Origin: a virus | Lineage: Duplodnaviria > Heunggongvirae > Uroviricota > Caudoviricetes | DNA length: 64,000 nucleotides | IMG/VR virus record: IMGVR_UViG_3300037312_000757 | Strand: one strand, 5' to 3' | In this document: piece by piece, positions 27,365 through 36,068 of the stretch | Position numbering within the stretch: position 1 is the first letter of the stretch | How the letters are laid out: the number at the start of each line of letters is the position of its first letter | Translations under genes and position numbers: made by a program | The notes under the pieces: model-generated | What the model saw: the letters and a program-made list of their open reading frames with translations, nothing else | What the model was told of the DNA's origin: nothing | The model's database searches: none

Positions 27365-28204
27365 ATGACAACTATGACTCCAAATCCTTTGGCAAAATAC
27401 TACCGTGCGCCTGGCATCAATGTCCGTTTGCCAAGCGGGGGTCGTTTCCAACCAGAAGGTAACGTCACCTTCGCCCCAAACGGCGAACTGCCAGTGCTAC
27501 CAATGCGTAGTGCTGATGAGATGCTCATGAAGAGCCCTGATGCTCTGATGAGTGGTCACGCCATCGAATCGTGTATCAAGAGCTGCGTTCCGTCAATTCA
27601 GGATCCACAAGCTCTACCATCTCCTGATGTGGATGCAATTTTGCTGGCTATCCGTGCTGCAACATTTGGTGACCAGATGGATATCGAATGCGAATGCCCA
27701 AAGTGCAAGGCTGAGAACTCATTTGCGTTCAGTATTACAGCAATTTTGGACACAGCCATCCCTCTTGCCGAGGAATATCCAGTCCGTCTGTCTGACGAAG
27801 TGATTGTCTACGTGCGCCCTTTTAATCTGGTTACCAGCACTGCGATCAGTACACTGGCATTCCAGGAAGCACGTAAGATGCAATTCCTTGAGCAGTCAGA
27901 GGCAACGGAAGAAGAAAAGCAGCGCGAGCTCAACAAGAGCTTCGATAACATCAACGCCATGAACAACCGTTCAGTCGTTGACAGTATTCAGATGGTTGTG
28001 GTACCAGAAGGACATGTGGTTGATCGTGCCCAGATTGCTGAGTTTATCAACAACATTCCATCAGACTGGTCAAAGAAGATCGAACTGCAATTGAAGGCAG
28101 TGAATGAGGCTGGGGTTCAGAAGCAGCAGAAGGTACAGTGTGCTAAATGCGGCGAAGAATTCGAAACCAATGTTGAATTCGACCCATCGAATTTTTTCGA
28201 ATAA
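27365..28204 (+). CDS. gp26: Baseplate hub assembly / tail chaperone
   Basis: VRLPSGGRF, PMRSADEML, DVDAILLAIRAATFG, two CxxC, ends NFFE. Confidence 0.85.
   Translation: MTTMTPNPLAKYYRAPGINVRLPSGGRFQPEGNVTFAPNGELPVLPMRSADEMLMKSPDALMSGHAIESCIKSCVPSIQDPQALPSPDVDAILLAIRAATFGDQMDIECECPKCKAENSFAFSITAILDTAIPLAEEYPVRLSDEVIVYVRPFNLVTSTAISTLAFQEARKMQFLEQSEATEEEKQRELNKSFDNINAMNNRSVVDSIQMVVVPEGHVVDRAQIAEFINNIPSDWSKKIELQLKAVNEAGVQKQQKVQCAKCGEEFETNVEFDPSNFFE
28192..28198 (+). other. Putative -1 frameshift slippery site T TTT TTC
   Basis: X XXY YYZ heptamer in gp26 frame just before the stop; -1 frame open to 28428. Confidence 0.65.
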
Positions 28205-28251
28205 AGCTCCTCCATACCCCTCCTGAGAAGGTACCAGGTCTCCTGGAATAC

Positions 28252-28428
28252 ATGAAAAAGGAACGGGATGAGCTAACAGATCAAATTCACGAACTTATGT
28301 GGCATTACCGGGGTAGTTTGTCACGTGATGAGGCCTGGACCGTTTGCGTTGAAGAACGCAAGAGGATGATCAAGGCGATCGAGAAACGCATTAAGACGGT
28401 TGAACAATCTGGTTTGCCGTTGCTCTAA
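28252..28428 (+). CDS. gp51-like hub assembly protein (absent from ORF track; probably made as frameshift extension of gp26)
   Basis: MKKERDELTDQIHELMWHYRGSLSRDEAWTVCVEERKRMIKAIEKRIKTVEQSGLPLL. Confidence 0.7.
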   Translation: MKKERDELTDQIHELMWHYRGSLSRDEAWTVCVEERKRMIKAIEKRIKTVEQSGLPLL

Positions 28429-28435
28429 AAGGAAA

Positions 28436-28465
28436 GGCCCTAGATTCATTTTCTAGGGCCCTTTT
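28436..28465 (+). terminator. Intrinsic terminator
   Basis: GGCCCTAGA/TCTAGGGCC followed by CTTTT. Confidence 0.75.
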
Positions 28466-28731
28466 ACTACCAGTTTGCGATCTGTGTATTCTAATTTGTC
28501 TTAGATCGCGCTTTTCTACCAACTCTATATTATACTAATCATTATATATTATATCAGTGCCGTCACTGCTCGGCGAATGATTAGACTTGCCATCATACCT
28601 GCAGTTACAATGGCCCAATCATTCAGTTAGTTACACCCTCTAACAAGTTAGTAAATAAAAGAGGGCGTGTCTACCATGCCATAACTATAACAAAGGAAGG
28701 CAACTGCTTCAATAGTTGCCAAACCATTAAG

Positions 28732-29244
28732 ATGCCAAGTAAAGCAAAAGCAAAAGGCAACAGCGGCGAACGCGAGCTGTGCAAAATCCTAGCAGGAATT
28801 TTCGAAGGTTCATTCATCCGCGTCCCAGGTTCAGGTGCCTACATCGGCGGCACCAACGCAATCCGTCGTGAGTACATGAGCGAAGGTCAAGTTCGTCATG
28901 CCAAGGGTGACATTCAACCACCTGACTTCATGCCAAAACTCGTGCTCGAATGTAAGTTCTACGCCGATTTCCCATTCCATTCACTTATGACACCAGGTGC
29001 CATTCCTCAATTGGACACATGGATTGAGCAAACACTCGACTGTGTAGAAGAAGGTGATGTATGGTACGTGGCATTCAAAATCAACCGTAGAGGTTTCTTT
29101 GCTACTGTACCTTTTGAAGGATCAGAAAAATATACATTTGGCAACCATTCAGTATATACTGGAAAGCACGGTAAGTTTGTTGTTACCGAGTTGTCTGAGT
29201 TCTTTACACTAAACAAAGACATCATTTTGCAAATCACAGCATAA
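28732..29244 (+). CDS. Holliday-junction-resolvase-like PD-(D/E)xK nuclease
   Basis: KAKGNSGEREL, RVPGSGA, GDI, LECKFY. Confidence 0.75.
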   Translation: MPSKAKAKGNSGERELCKILAGIFEGSFIRVPGSGAYIGGTNAIRREYMSEGQVRHAKGDIQPPDFMPKLVLECKFYADFPFHSLMTPGAIPQLDTWIEQTLDCVEEGDVWYVAFKINRRGFFATVPFEGSEKYTFGNHSVYTGKHGKFVVTELSEFFTLNKDIILQITA

Positions 29245-29248
29245 ACTA

Positions 29249-29731
29249 ATGGCAAAGAAAAGACACCCATCTAGATCCGCACCACCAGGTGCGGTGCGGG
29301 GTAGAAGAGGTCGGCGCCGCGGCAACATGTCATCATGGCGTCGTTCGTATTCTTCGCCGTCGAAGGTCGAATGGACGACGAAGAAGTCTGGTAAACGTCG
29401 TCGTATAGCTACGCTTCAGAATCTGAATATTCGTGAAGTTCAGAAACCAGAAGGTGAGATTCATGAGTATCGGGTTTACATCAAAACTGAAGCGAGCTGG
29501 GCGACACTTACCAAGATCGACGAAGAGCTGACACAATGGGTCAAATCCTGCCTGTCAGGGCAATTTAAAATGTATCGTACACGGTGCCGTCAATGGTCTT
29601 GCCTCACAAGCATTAAGCTTGAGAGCGAATCAGACCTCATGATGTTCATGCTATGCCATCGCGAGCATGTACGAAAAATCTTCCGAATGGTAGACGAGCC
29701 CACTAAGGGCTCGTCTGCTGTCAACGTCTAA
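29249..29731 (+). CDS. Hypothetical protein with Arg-rich N-terminal arm
   Basis: RGRRGRRRG...KKSGKRRR; IKLESESDLMMFML motif. Confidence 0.65.
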   Translation: MAKKRHPSRSAPPGAVRGRRGRRRGNMSSWRRSYSSPSKVEWTTKKSGKRRRIATLQNLNIREVQKPEGEIHEYRVYIKTEASWATLTKIDEELTQWVKSCLSGQFKMYRTRCRQWSCLTSIKLESESDLMMFMLCHREHVRKIFRMVDEPTKGSSAVNV

Positions 29732-30091
29732 TCAGCGAATTCGCTTTTCAATCCGCAAAATCTTCGGCAAAGCTTCGTGATCGGGATTCACAAGCTTTGT
29801 CAGGATCATCCAGCCAGTGTTCTGGCAGTACAGTTCAATTCCGTATTCGGCATCCTTGTTGAACTCGTAACGGATGAACCAATCCTTGCCTTCCTCACCA
29901 CACTGTGAGTTCATCAAGTCTTCGAGCTCGTTAGCCAGATAGTTGTTGTAGAATTCATTCTTGTTTTCAAACAGCAGGCGATATTGAATGTCCTTGAACA
30001 GGGAGCGGGGATCCCAGTACTCGTCAAAAGCATTGACTTCGACGTTTTCAATCTTGCGTTCTTCTTTTTGTTCTTTGTCTTGATCCGTCAT
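29732..30091 (-). CDS. Hypothetical protein
   Basis: ORF coupled (ATGA overlap) to upstream gene. Confidence 0.65.
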   Translation of the reverse strand: MTDQDKEQKEERKIENVEVNAFDEYWDPRSLFKDIQYRLLFENKNEFYNNYLANELEDLMNSQCGEEGKDWFIRYEFNKDAEYGIELYCQNTGWMILTKLVNPDHEALPKILRIEKRIR

Positions 30092-30381
30092 TTGTTATCC
30101 GTATAGGTAATGGTTGCGTATTTTAACAGAAATTGCTCGGCTGTTGATGGATCCAGTTTCATTGTAACCAGCCAGTTCGAATCTGGTGATACGATCTTGT
30201 AGACATCAACTGCTATTCCCTGTTCGTCATATTCTGACGCTATCTGCGTCACCAAGCAGCCATCGGTCGAGCCGTAATAAGACTCCAGCCGTTCAAGTAT
30301 GGCGTCAGATAGGCGAGCATACTGCAATGCAAATGCAATCACTCGCAGACGATTGATCTTCAAGATTACTGTTGATGGCAT
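30088..30381 (-). CDS. Hypothetical protein
   Basis: ORF downstream of gp46. Confidence 0.6.
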   Translation of the reverse strand: MPSTVILKINRLRVIAFALQYARLSDAILERLESYYGSTDGCLVTQIASEYDEQGIAVDVYKIVSPDSNWLVTMKLDPSTAEQFLLKYATITYTDNK

Positions 30382-30396
30382 AGTTGTTCAAATGAA

Positions 30397-30421
30397 TATG
30401 GCACCCATCGTGGGTGCCATA
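30397..30421 (-). terminator. Hairpin after gp46
   Basis: TATGGCACCCA/TGGGTGCCATA. Confidence 0.55.
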
Positions 30422-30441
30422 GTTTACTGCAAAGTTGTCAA

Positions 30442-32226
30442 TTACTCAATGTCGTCGGCTTCGTTGTCGAAACGCGTGAACGAGTTCTCTTTCTTCACCA
30501 GCAAGAGTTTGTTCACTCGACCAACCAAATCATCCTTGTGAGAGATCAGGAAGATGTTCTTGTTTCGATCACGCGCCATACGCTTCATGAGATCAAGGGC
30601 ATTTTCACTGCCCTGCTGATCCAAACCATTGTCGATCATTTCGTCAACGAAAAGCAGATTGACCGTCTGGTTCAAGCTTTCCCACACATCACGGAATGCC
30701 CAGCTAGTAGCCAGAATAACGCGTGTTGATTCACCACGGCTCAACTGCTCAAAGTCGAAGTCACGACCCAGCAAGTTGATCTCAACGCTCAAGTCAGAAC
30801 CAAACTTTACTTCGTGCGGAAGTGCCAGCTTTTCCAAGTAGAAGTTCAGTCGGTGGTTCAAGTGATTGATATTCTGGTCGATAATCTTCTTACGGATGAA
30901 TGAATCTTTGCTTGTCAACAATTTGATCAGGAAATCCTGGTGCTTCAACAGCGTTTGCAACTCGTTCAGTGTCTCGTAAGTGACTTCCTGAATACCGCCT
31001 GTTTCCAGTGAAACAATCTGGTCTTGGTATGGATTCATGACCGTAGTTTCACGTTCAATTGTCTCAAGCAAATTGTTGATTGTGTTGCGGTGTTCGTACG
31101 CTTGCTCCAAGCTTGAATAAGTTGTGATTGGCTCGTCACCAATCAACGCCAAACCCTCTTCCAGTTGTTTTACAAGTGTGGAGTTCTCTTCCATCTCGGT
31201 CGCAATGGTGACGATATCTGGTTCAATCTTGGCGATCTTTGCTTTCAAGTCGGCAATAATGCGCTCGTTACTACCATCGTGTGTTTCCTGACCACATGTT
31301 GGACACTGATGGTTTTCCGCAGCGGTCAAGTCTGTCAAATAGCGTTCCAAGCTGGCATTCTTAGTAAGCAGGTCATTTTCTAGACGACGCATATCGCGGC
31401 GCGCCCTAGTCAACTCTGATGACAGGACTTTGAAGTCGCCAAGTTTCTTATGCTTGTCGATTTCGTCTTCAATGTCCAAGTTACGCAAATTGTTGAGTTG
31501 GCTCTCAGCCAACAATACTTTACGGTCACGTTCCTTGTCCCACGCTTTGCTCTTCAACTGCAAATCACTGATCGAAGCTTGCATCTTCTTGTTGGCTTCA
31601 AGCACTGCCTTGATACGTGATTCCTCGTCCTTGATTGAATCCTTGGTGTTTTTGATCAGTTCCTTCAGCACTTCAGCACGAGTACTGATCTGGGTGATAC
31701 CAAGAAGTTCTTCGATGATCTGGCGTTGGTCACCAGGTCGCATCTTCAAGAACGGCTCTGTGTATGTATTCAGAGCGATAATGTGGCGGAACATGTCATG
31801 ACTAAATCCAAGCACGCGCTCGATTTCAACCTGGGTGAACTTGTTTTCGCCTTGAGCTTCATCATTCGTTGGATCTACTTGCAAATTGTCGCCAACGTAA
31901 TATCGCATGAACGTGGGCTTACGACCACGTTCGATACGATATGACTTGCCATCCTTCTCGAATTCAATACTAACGACCATGTTCTTGACGTTAATGTTGT
32001 TGATCAGGTTGTCCTTCTTGATGTTAGTCAACGGTTGACCAAACAGACCAAAACTAACCGCTTGTAACAGTGTTGACTTACCAACACCGTTACGACTGTT
32101 GACGCCACCGTTATCCAAATTCTCGCCCAGAACGAGCGTCAAACCTTCTTTGTTGAGCACAACCGCCTGAGTTGCATTACCAACACTCAGGAAGTTGCGC
32201 ATTGAAACGTTCTTAATCTTGAGCAT
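30442..32226 (-). CDS. gp46: Recombination ATPase (Rad50/SbcC-like)
   Basis: NFLSVGN, NGVGKST Walker A, CPTCG hook, LSRGE, LLFVDE, ISH. Confidence 0.95.
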   Translation of the reverse strand: MLKIKNVSMRNFLSVGNATQAVVLNKEGLTLVLGENLDNGGVNSRNGVGKSTLLQAVSFGLFGQPLTNIKKDNLINNINVKNMVVSIEFEKDGKSYRIERGRKPTFMRYYVGDNLQVDPTNDEAQGENKFTQVEIERVLGFSHDMFRHIIALNTYTEPFLKMRPGDQRQIIEELLGITQISTRAEVLKELIKNTKDSIKDEESRIKAVLEANKKMQASISDLQLKSKAWDKERDRKVLLAESQLNNLRNLDIEDEIDKHKKLGDFKVLSSELTRARRDMRRLENDLLTKNASLERYLTDLTAAENHQCPTCGQETHDGSNERIIADLKAKIAKIEPDIVTIATEMEENSTLVKQLEEGLALIGDEPITTYSSLEQAYEHRNTINNLLETIERETTVMNPYQDQIVSLETGGIQEVTYETLNELQTLLKHQDFLIKLLTSKDSFIRKKIIDQNINHLNHRLNFYLEKLALPHEVKFGSDLSVEINLLGRDFDFEQLSRGESTRVILATSWAFRDVWESLNQTVNLLFVDEMIDNGLDQQGSENALDLMKRMARDRNKNIFLISHKDDLVGRVNKLLLVKKENSFTRFDNEADDIE

Positions 32227-32230
32227 CTGA

Positions 32231-33244
32231 TTATTGTAGGCCCTTATAAATTTCAACCAACGTCTTTGAGTTGATACCAGTTGATTGCACTGCATTCAGA
32301 CCTTCAATAACGATCTGATCGATACTCTGGAAAATTACGTTGTCGTCAAATTCCTGATCGGCTTCTTCCTTGTTCATGGGAACTAGGTCGATTTTGCGAG
32401 CGCCAAACTGGGCCACAAATGTTTCCTTAACGAATTGTGCTTCTTCGTAGGAAATATCGCAGTCAATGCTGATACGGTTATAGCTCTTACCAACAATGAA
32501 ACGCTCAGGTGCTTCAAGCACCTCGCTAAGTTTCATTGTGCGATATGTGGGAGCATCAGGCCATTCCTTGAAGAACGGCTCTTTGTCCCATTCCAAGAAC
32601 ATCATACCACGGTCATCATCCCATGCATCAGCAAAGCTGAACGGGAATGCATTACCAATGTAAACCACCTTACCACGTGCTTGACGCTTGTGAAAGTGGC
32701 CACTGAATACGAAGTCTTGATTTGCGAAATGATCTTGGTTAAGACCACCGTGGTCTGGCATTTCCACCATCGCGTTCATAAAGAAGTTGGGCAACTCGAA
32801 GTGGCCAAACATATAACGCGACTTCATCTTTGGAATTTGCTTCCATTCTTCACCGACCAACCATGGCATAAACGCGACACCATCAATCTCGGTGATCTCG
32901 TTGATGATCTCAATGTTGTCGATGTTTCGCGCAAATTCAACACTGCTGATTTCACGCTTTTCACGATAGAACAGATCGTGGTTACCTGGAATAAACCAGA
33001 CCTTGTCAAACGCTTTGCTAAGACGTTCCAGATTGGAAAGAGAAGAACTCATAGTACCGACATGAAGATTGTGACGATTGTCGTGCCAATCTCCAAGGAA
33101 AACGCACTGCTTGGCACCCCAAGCGTGCGCTTCATCAATGAACCAGTTAATGAAATTTTCATTATCCTGATTCGCTTGTCGGTCGTTGCCTTTTCTGCCG
33201 AAATGGATATCCGTAAACGCTACGATTTTATCGAATAGTGCCAT
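32231..33244 (-). CDS. gp47: Recombination nuclease (Mre11/SbcD-like)
   Basis: TDIHFG, LGDWHD, PGNHD, GHFE, SGHFH. Confidence 0.95.
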   Translation of the reverse strand: MALFDKIVAFTDIHFGRKGNDRQANQDNENFINWFIDEAHAWGAKQCVFLGDWHDNRHNLHVGTMSSSLSNLERLSKAFDKVWFIPGNHDLFYREKREISSVEFARNIDNIEIINEITEIDGVAFMPWLVGEEWKQIPKMKSRYMFGHFELPNFFMNAMVEMPDHGGLNQDHFANQDFVFSGHFHKRQARGKVVYIGNAFPFSFADAWDDDRGMMFLEWDKEPFFKEWPDAPTYRTMKLSEVLEAPERFIVGKSYNRISIDCDISYEEAQFVKETFVAQFGARKIDLVPMNKEEADQEFDDNVIFQSIDQIVIEGLNAVQSTGINSKTLVEIYKGLQ

Positions 33245-33302
33245 ACCTTATCCTGTTAATGTAGCGCAAGTATATGCGCTACCACAACCAACACCAAAAT
33301 TG

Positions 33303-34187
33303 TTATTTGTGTTCAGCTGTACGATCAATGACTTCGCTAGGACCTTCAGCATTGGCATATTCATGGTCATTCTGGCGTGTATATGATGGATTGACGCCGT
33401 GCATGATCAGGATATCGTCGCGAATGTTTTGATTCTTCTTTTCCAGATTTAGGATACGGGTAAAGCAGTTCTTGATAGTGGTTGTGTAGAACGCAAATGG
33501 ATTGTCCGATTTTGACTCGTCAAATTGAAGACCAATTTGAGACAATTGCAGAAGTGCATGGCTCTTCATTTCATCCAGATATGTGTAACCACGCCAATTT
33601 GAACGTCGTGAGTAACGGTCAACCAGCATCATGAACATAACGGCTAGACGATGGCTGATCTGACCACGAGTCATATCGAATTCACCATCTTCAATGGTTC
33701 CTGTCCAGTGGCTACGGCCAACCTCAACTGGGCTACCATCAATCATAATGAAGTGCTTGAATGGGAGGAATGGTGTCTTGACGTAGTTACCTTCTTCCCC
33801 CTTACCGCGACGCTTGCGGTCTGGGTCCAGTGGAAGGTGATGCGGGGTCATTACACGGAAAACAATAGTTTCAGTTGGCAAGTCTTCAGGCTTGACTTCA
33901 TCTACCTTAATTTCATATGGCTTCTTGCCAGCTTCGCGTTGCTTTGCTTTGGCTTGCTGTACAATAAGGCGGGCTTTTTCAACCTTAGTTGCTTCGATCA
34001 GTTCATCTGTGATCTCGGCAAGTGAGTGAACAATAGCATCATAATCTGCGTACTTGGCATCAGCGTAGACGCAGTAAGAGTTCTTGCTCTTGTGGATTTC
34101 GGCGAGCAACTCTTTGTTGGTGATGTACTTTACCTTGCCACCAGCGGTTGTTGCTGGGGTTGTAGTTGTTTCAACTTTTTCAGTCAT
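33303..34187 (-). CDS. gp55: Late-transcription sigma factor
   Basis: YITNKELLAEI, NWRGYTYLDEM, FDESKSDNPFAFYT; T4-like 55-47-46 order. Confidence 0.9.
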   Translation of the reverse strand: MTEKVETTTTPATTAGGKVKYITNKELLAEIHKSKNSYCVYADAKYADYDAIVHSLAEITDELIEATKVEKARLIVQQAKAKQREAGKKPYEIKVDEVKPEDLPTETIVFRVMTPHHLPLDPDRKRRGKGEEGNYVKTPFLPFKHFIMIDGSPVEVGRSHWTGTIEDGEFDMTRGQISHRLAVMFMMLVDRYSRRSNWRGYTYLDEMKSHALLQLSQIGLQFDESKSDNPFAFYTTTIKNCFTRILNLEKKNQNIRDDILIMHGVNPSYTRQNDHEYANAEGPSEVIDRTAEHK

Positions 34188-34292
34188 TGTATTTCTTGTT
34201 ATTGGACAAAAGTCCGTTTATTGTTTCACCAAGAGTAACGAAATATATGGTTTGTATCAATAAACCAAGTTATAGTGGCACATAATTCCACG

Positions 34293-34300
34293 AATAAATA
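34293..34300 (+). promoter_or_regulatory. Late promoter AATAAATA heading the baseplate operon
   Basis: NATAAATA 14 nt before ATG 34315. Confidence 0.65.
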
Positions 34301-34314
34301 ATCAGGTAATAATC

Positions 34315-34860
34315 ATGGACCATGTCGTTTTTACGATTTGCCGTATGAATCCGCCAACTCGAGGCCACCAGAAATTGGTGAAACAAGTCTTAGACTTGGC
34401 AGATGAAAAAAAGTGCGATCACCGCGTGTTTCTTACACGTACCCACGATAAGAAAAACAATCCTCTGGTGGTCGACGACAAGTTGGAGTTTGCTAGGGCG
34501 TTCTTCCCTGATGCAAACATTGTGGATACTCAGAATATCTTCACTGCCGCAAAAGAACTGGCAGAGGCTGGATATCTACATGCAACTCTGGTTGTCGGGA
34601 AAGATCGAGAAGATTCTTTTGAAATGGCTCTGAATCGTTATATTAACCATCCAGATCCAGAAAAAGACATCGGTCTAAAATCGCTGGAAGTGATCGTAAT
34701 TCCACGCGAGGCTCATGATTACAGCGCGACTGCCGCCAGAAAATGGGCAACAGAAGGTAACTTCGATAATTTCAGGGATTCTGTTCCATCTCAAGACCTG
34801 GCTGTCGCACAGAAAATGTATAAATGTGTCCGTCAGGGATTGGGTGTTCAGAATGAGTGA
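34315..34860 (+). CDS. Cytidyltransferase-like (HIGH-class) nucleotidyltransferase
   Basis: RMNPPTRGHQKL, KNNPL, VVGKDR, SATAAR. Confidence 0.8.
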   Translation: MDHVVFTICRMNPPTRGHQKLVKQVLDLADEKKCDHRVFLTRTHDKKNNPLVVDDKLEFARAFFPDANIVDTQNIFTAAKELAEAGYLHATLVVGKDREDSFEMALNRYINHPDPEKDIGLKSLEVIVIPREAHDYSATAARKWATEGNFDNFRDSVPSQDLAVAQKMYKCVRQGLGVQNE

Positions 34861-35761
34861 TATTTTTTCATCAGCAGCAAATGCGATTGGTAGCGCTACT
34901 ACCAGCCTCAACGGTTTTCATATTACTGGTGGAACTTCGATTACAAACAGTACACTCGGTATCCCATCAGATTTCTCCAGTGTCTCCAGTGGTATGGCTG
35001 GCCTCACCTCAACATTAGGTGGGGTCGTTAGTCAAGCCACATCAGCGGTTTCAAGCGCCGTCTCCGATGTTACATCGGCACTGCATCTAGGTTCCCTTGG
35101 TTTCGGAGGCTCCACTGCGTCATCCTCTGGCTCAGTCGGTAACGCGGTAGACTTCCGTGTACGTCTCCGCGCCCAACCGTCCTCACAAAGCCAAGTGTAT
35201 GGCCCGCAAGGAAGCTCAAACATTCTTGGTATTCTGTACGAAACCAACGGTATGTTCTTCCCATACACACCAACGATTTCGTGGAATCAAGCAGTTGAGT
35301 ACGATGCTCTCCACTTTGTTCATAGTAATCAGGACTACTACGCATACAAGAATACTCCATCCACTCAGATTGATATTTCTGGGCAATGGTCATTGCAGAA
35401 CCAACGTGAGGGTGAATACATGCTTGCTTCTATTCACTTCCTTCGCACAGTCAGCAAGATGTACTTCGGCCAGTCAAACCCAACATTGGCTGGTATGCCA
35501 CCACCAGTATTGTTTCTGAGTGGGTACGGCGATTACATGTTCAATGACTTGCCAGTAATCGTGAAGTCACACTCATACACATTGGATGGAAACGTCGACT
35601 ATGTAACCGTAAGTGTTGCTGGTGGTAAAGTACGTCTGCCATCACTGTTCAATATCAGCTTGTCCTTGGTAGTTCAGCACACACCAACAGCCATGAGAAA
35701 GCAGTTTGATTTGGATAAATTCAGAACAGGCGAACTTATGCGCTCGAAAGGTTGGATCTAA
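34853..35761 (+). CDS. Baseplate/tail-tube initiator-like protein (gp48/gp54-type)
   Basis: GMFFPYTPTI, IHFLRTVSKMYFG, GMPPPVLFLSGYG; precedes gp53-like gene. Confidence 0.65.
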   Translation: MSDIFSSAANAIGSATTSLNGFHITGGTSITNSTLGIPSDFSSVSSGMAGLTSTLGGVVSQATSAVSSAVSDVTSALHLGSLGFGGSTASSSGSVGNAVDFRVRLRAQPSSQSQVYGPQGSSNILGILYETNGMFFPYTPTISWNQAVEYDALHFVHSNQDYYAYKNTPSTQIDISGQWSLQNQREGEYMLASIHFLRTVSKMYFGQSNPTLAGMPPPVLFLSGYGDYMFNDLPVIVKSHSYTLDGNVDYVTVSVAGGKVRLPSLFNISLSLVVQHTPTAMRKQFDLDKFRTGELMRSKGWI

Positions 35762-36066
35762 TGACAAAGATTGTTTACCCAGCATCATCACCATATTACT
35801 CAACACCACAAACATCTTGGTATACAGGACCAATTGATTATCGTGATATCCCTGCTGATAGCAGCGATCTCTTTATCGAAACTCTGGACCGTCGTTTTGA
35901 ACATCGTCCAGACTTGTTGAGTTATGAACTGTACCAAACACCTGCTTATTGGTGGGTGTTCATGGTACGAAACATCGACCTAATTCGTGATCCAATTTGG
36001 GACATGGTTGCCGGTATGTCAATGTATGCCCCATCAAAGGCACGCATTCAATCGCTTCTAGGGTAA
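35761..36066 (+). CDS. gp53: Baseplate wedge protein, LysM-like
   Basis: RPDLLSYELYQTPAYWWVF..RN...DPIWD. Confidence 0.8.
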   Translation: MTKIVYPASSPYYSTPQTSWYTGPIDYRDIPADSSDLFIETLDRRFEHRPDLLSYELYQTPAYWWVFMVRNIDLIRDPIWDMVAGMSMYAPSKARIQSLLG

Positions 36067-36068
36067 TT

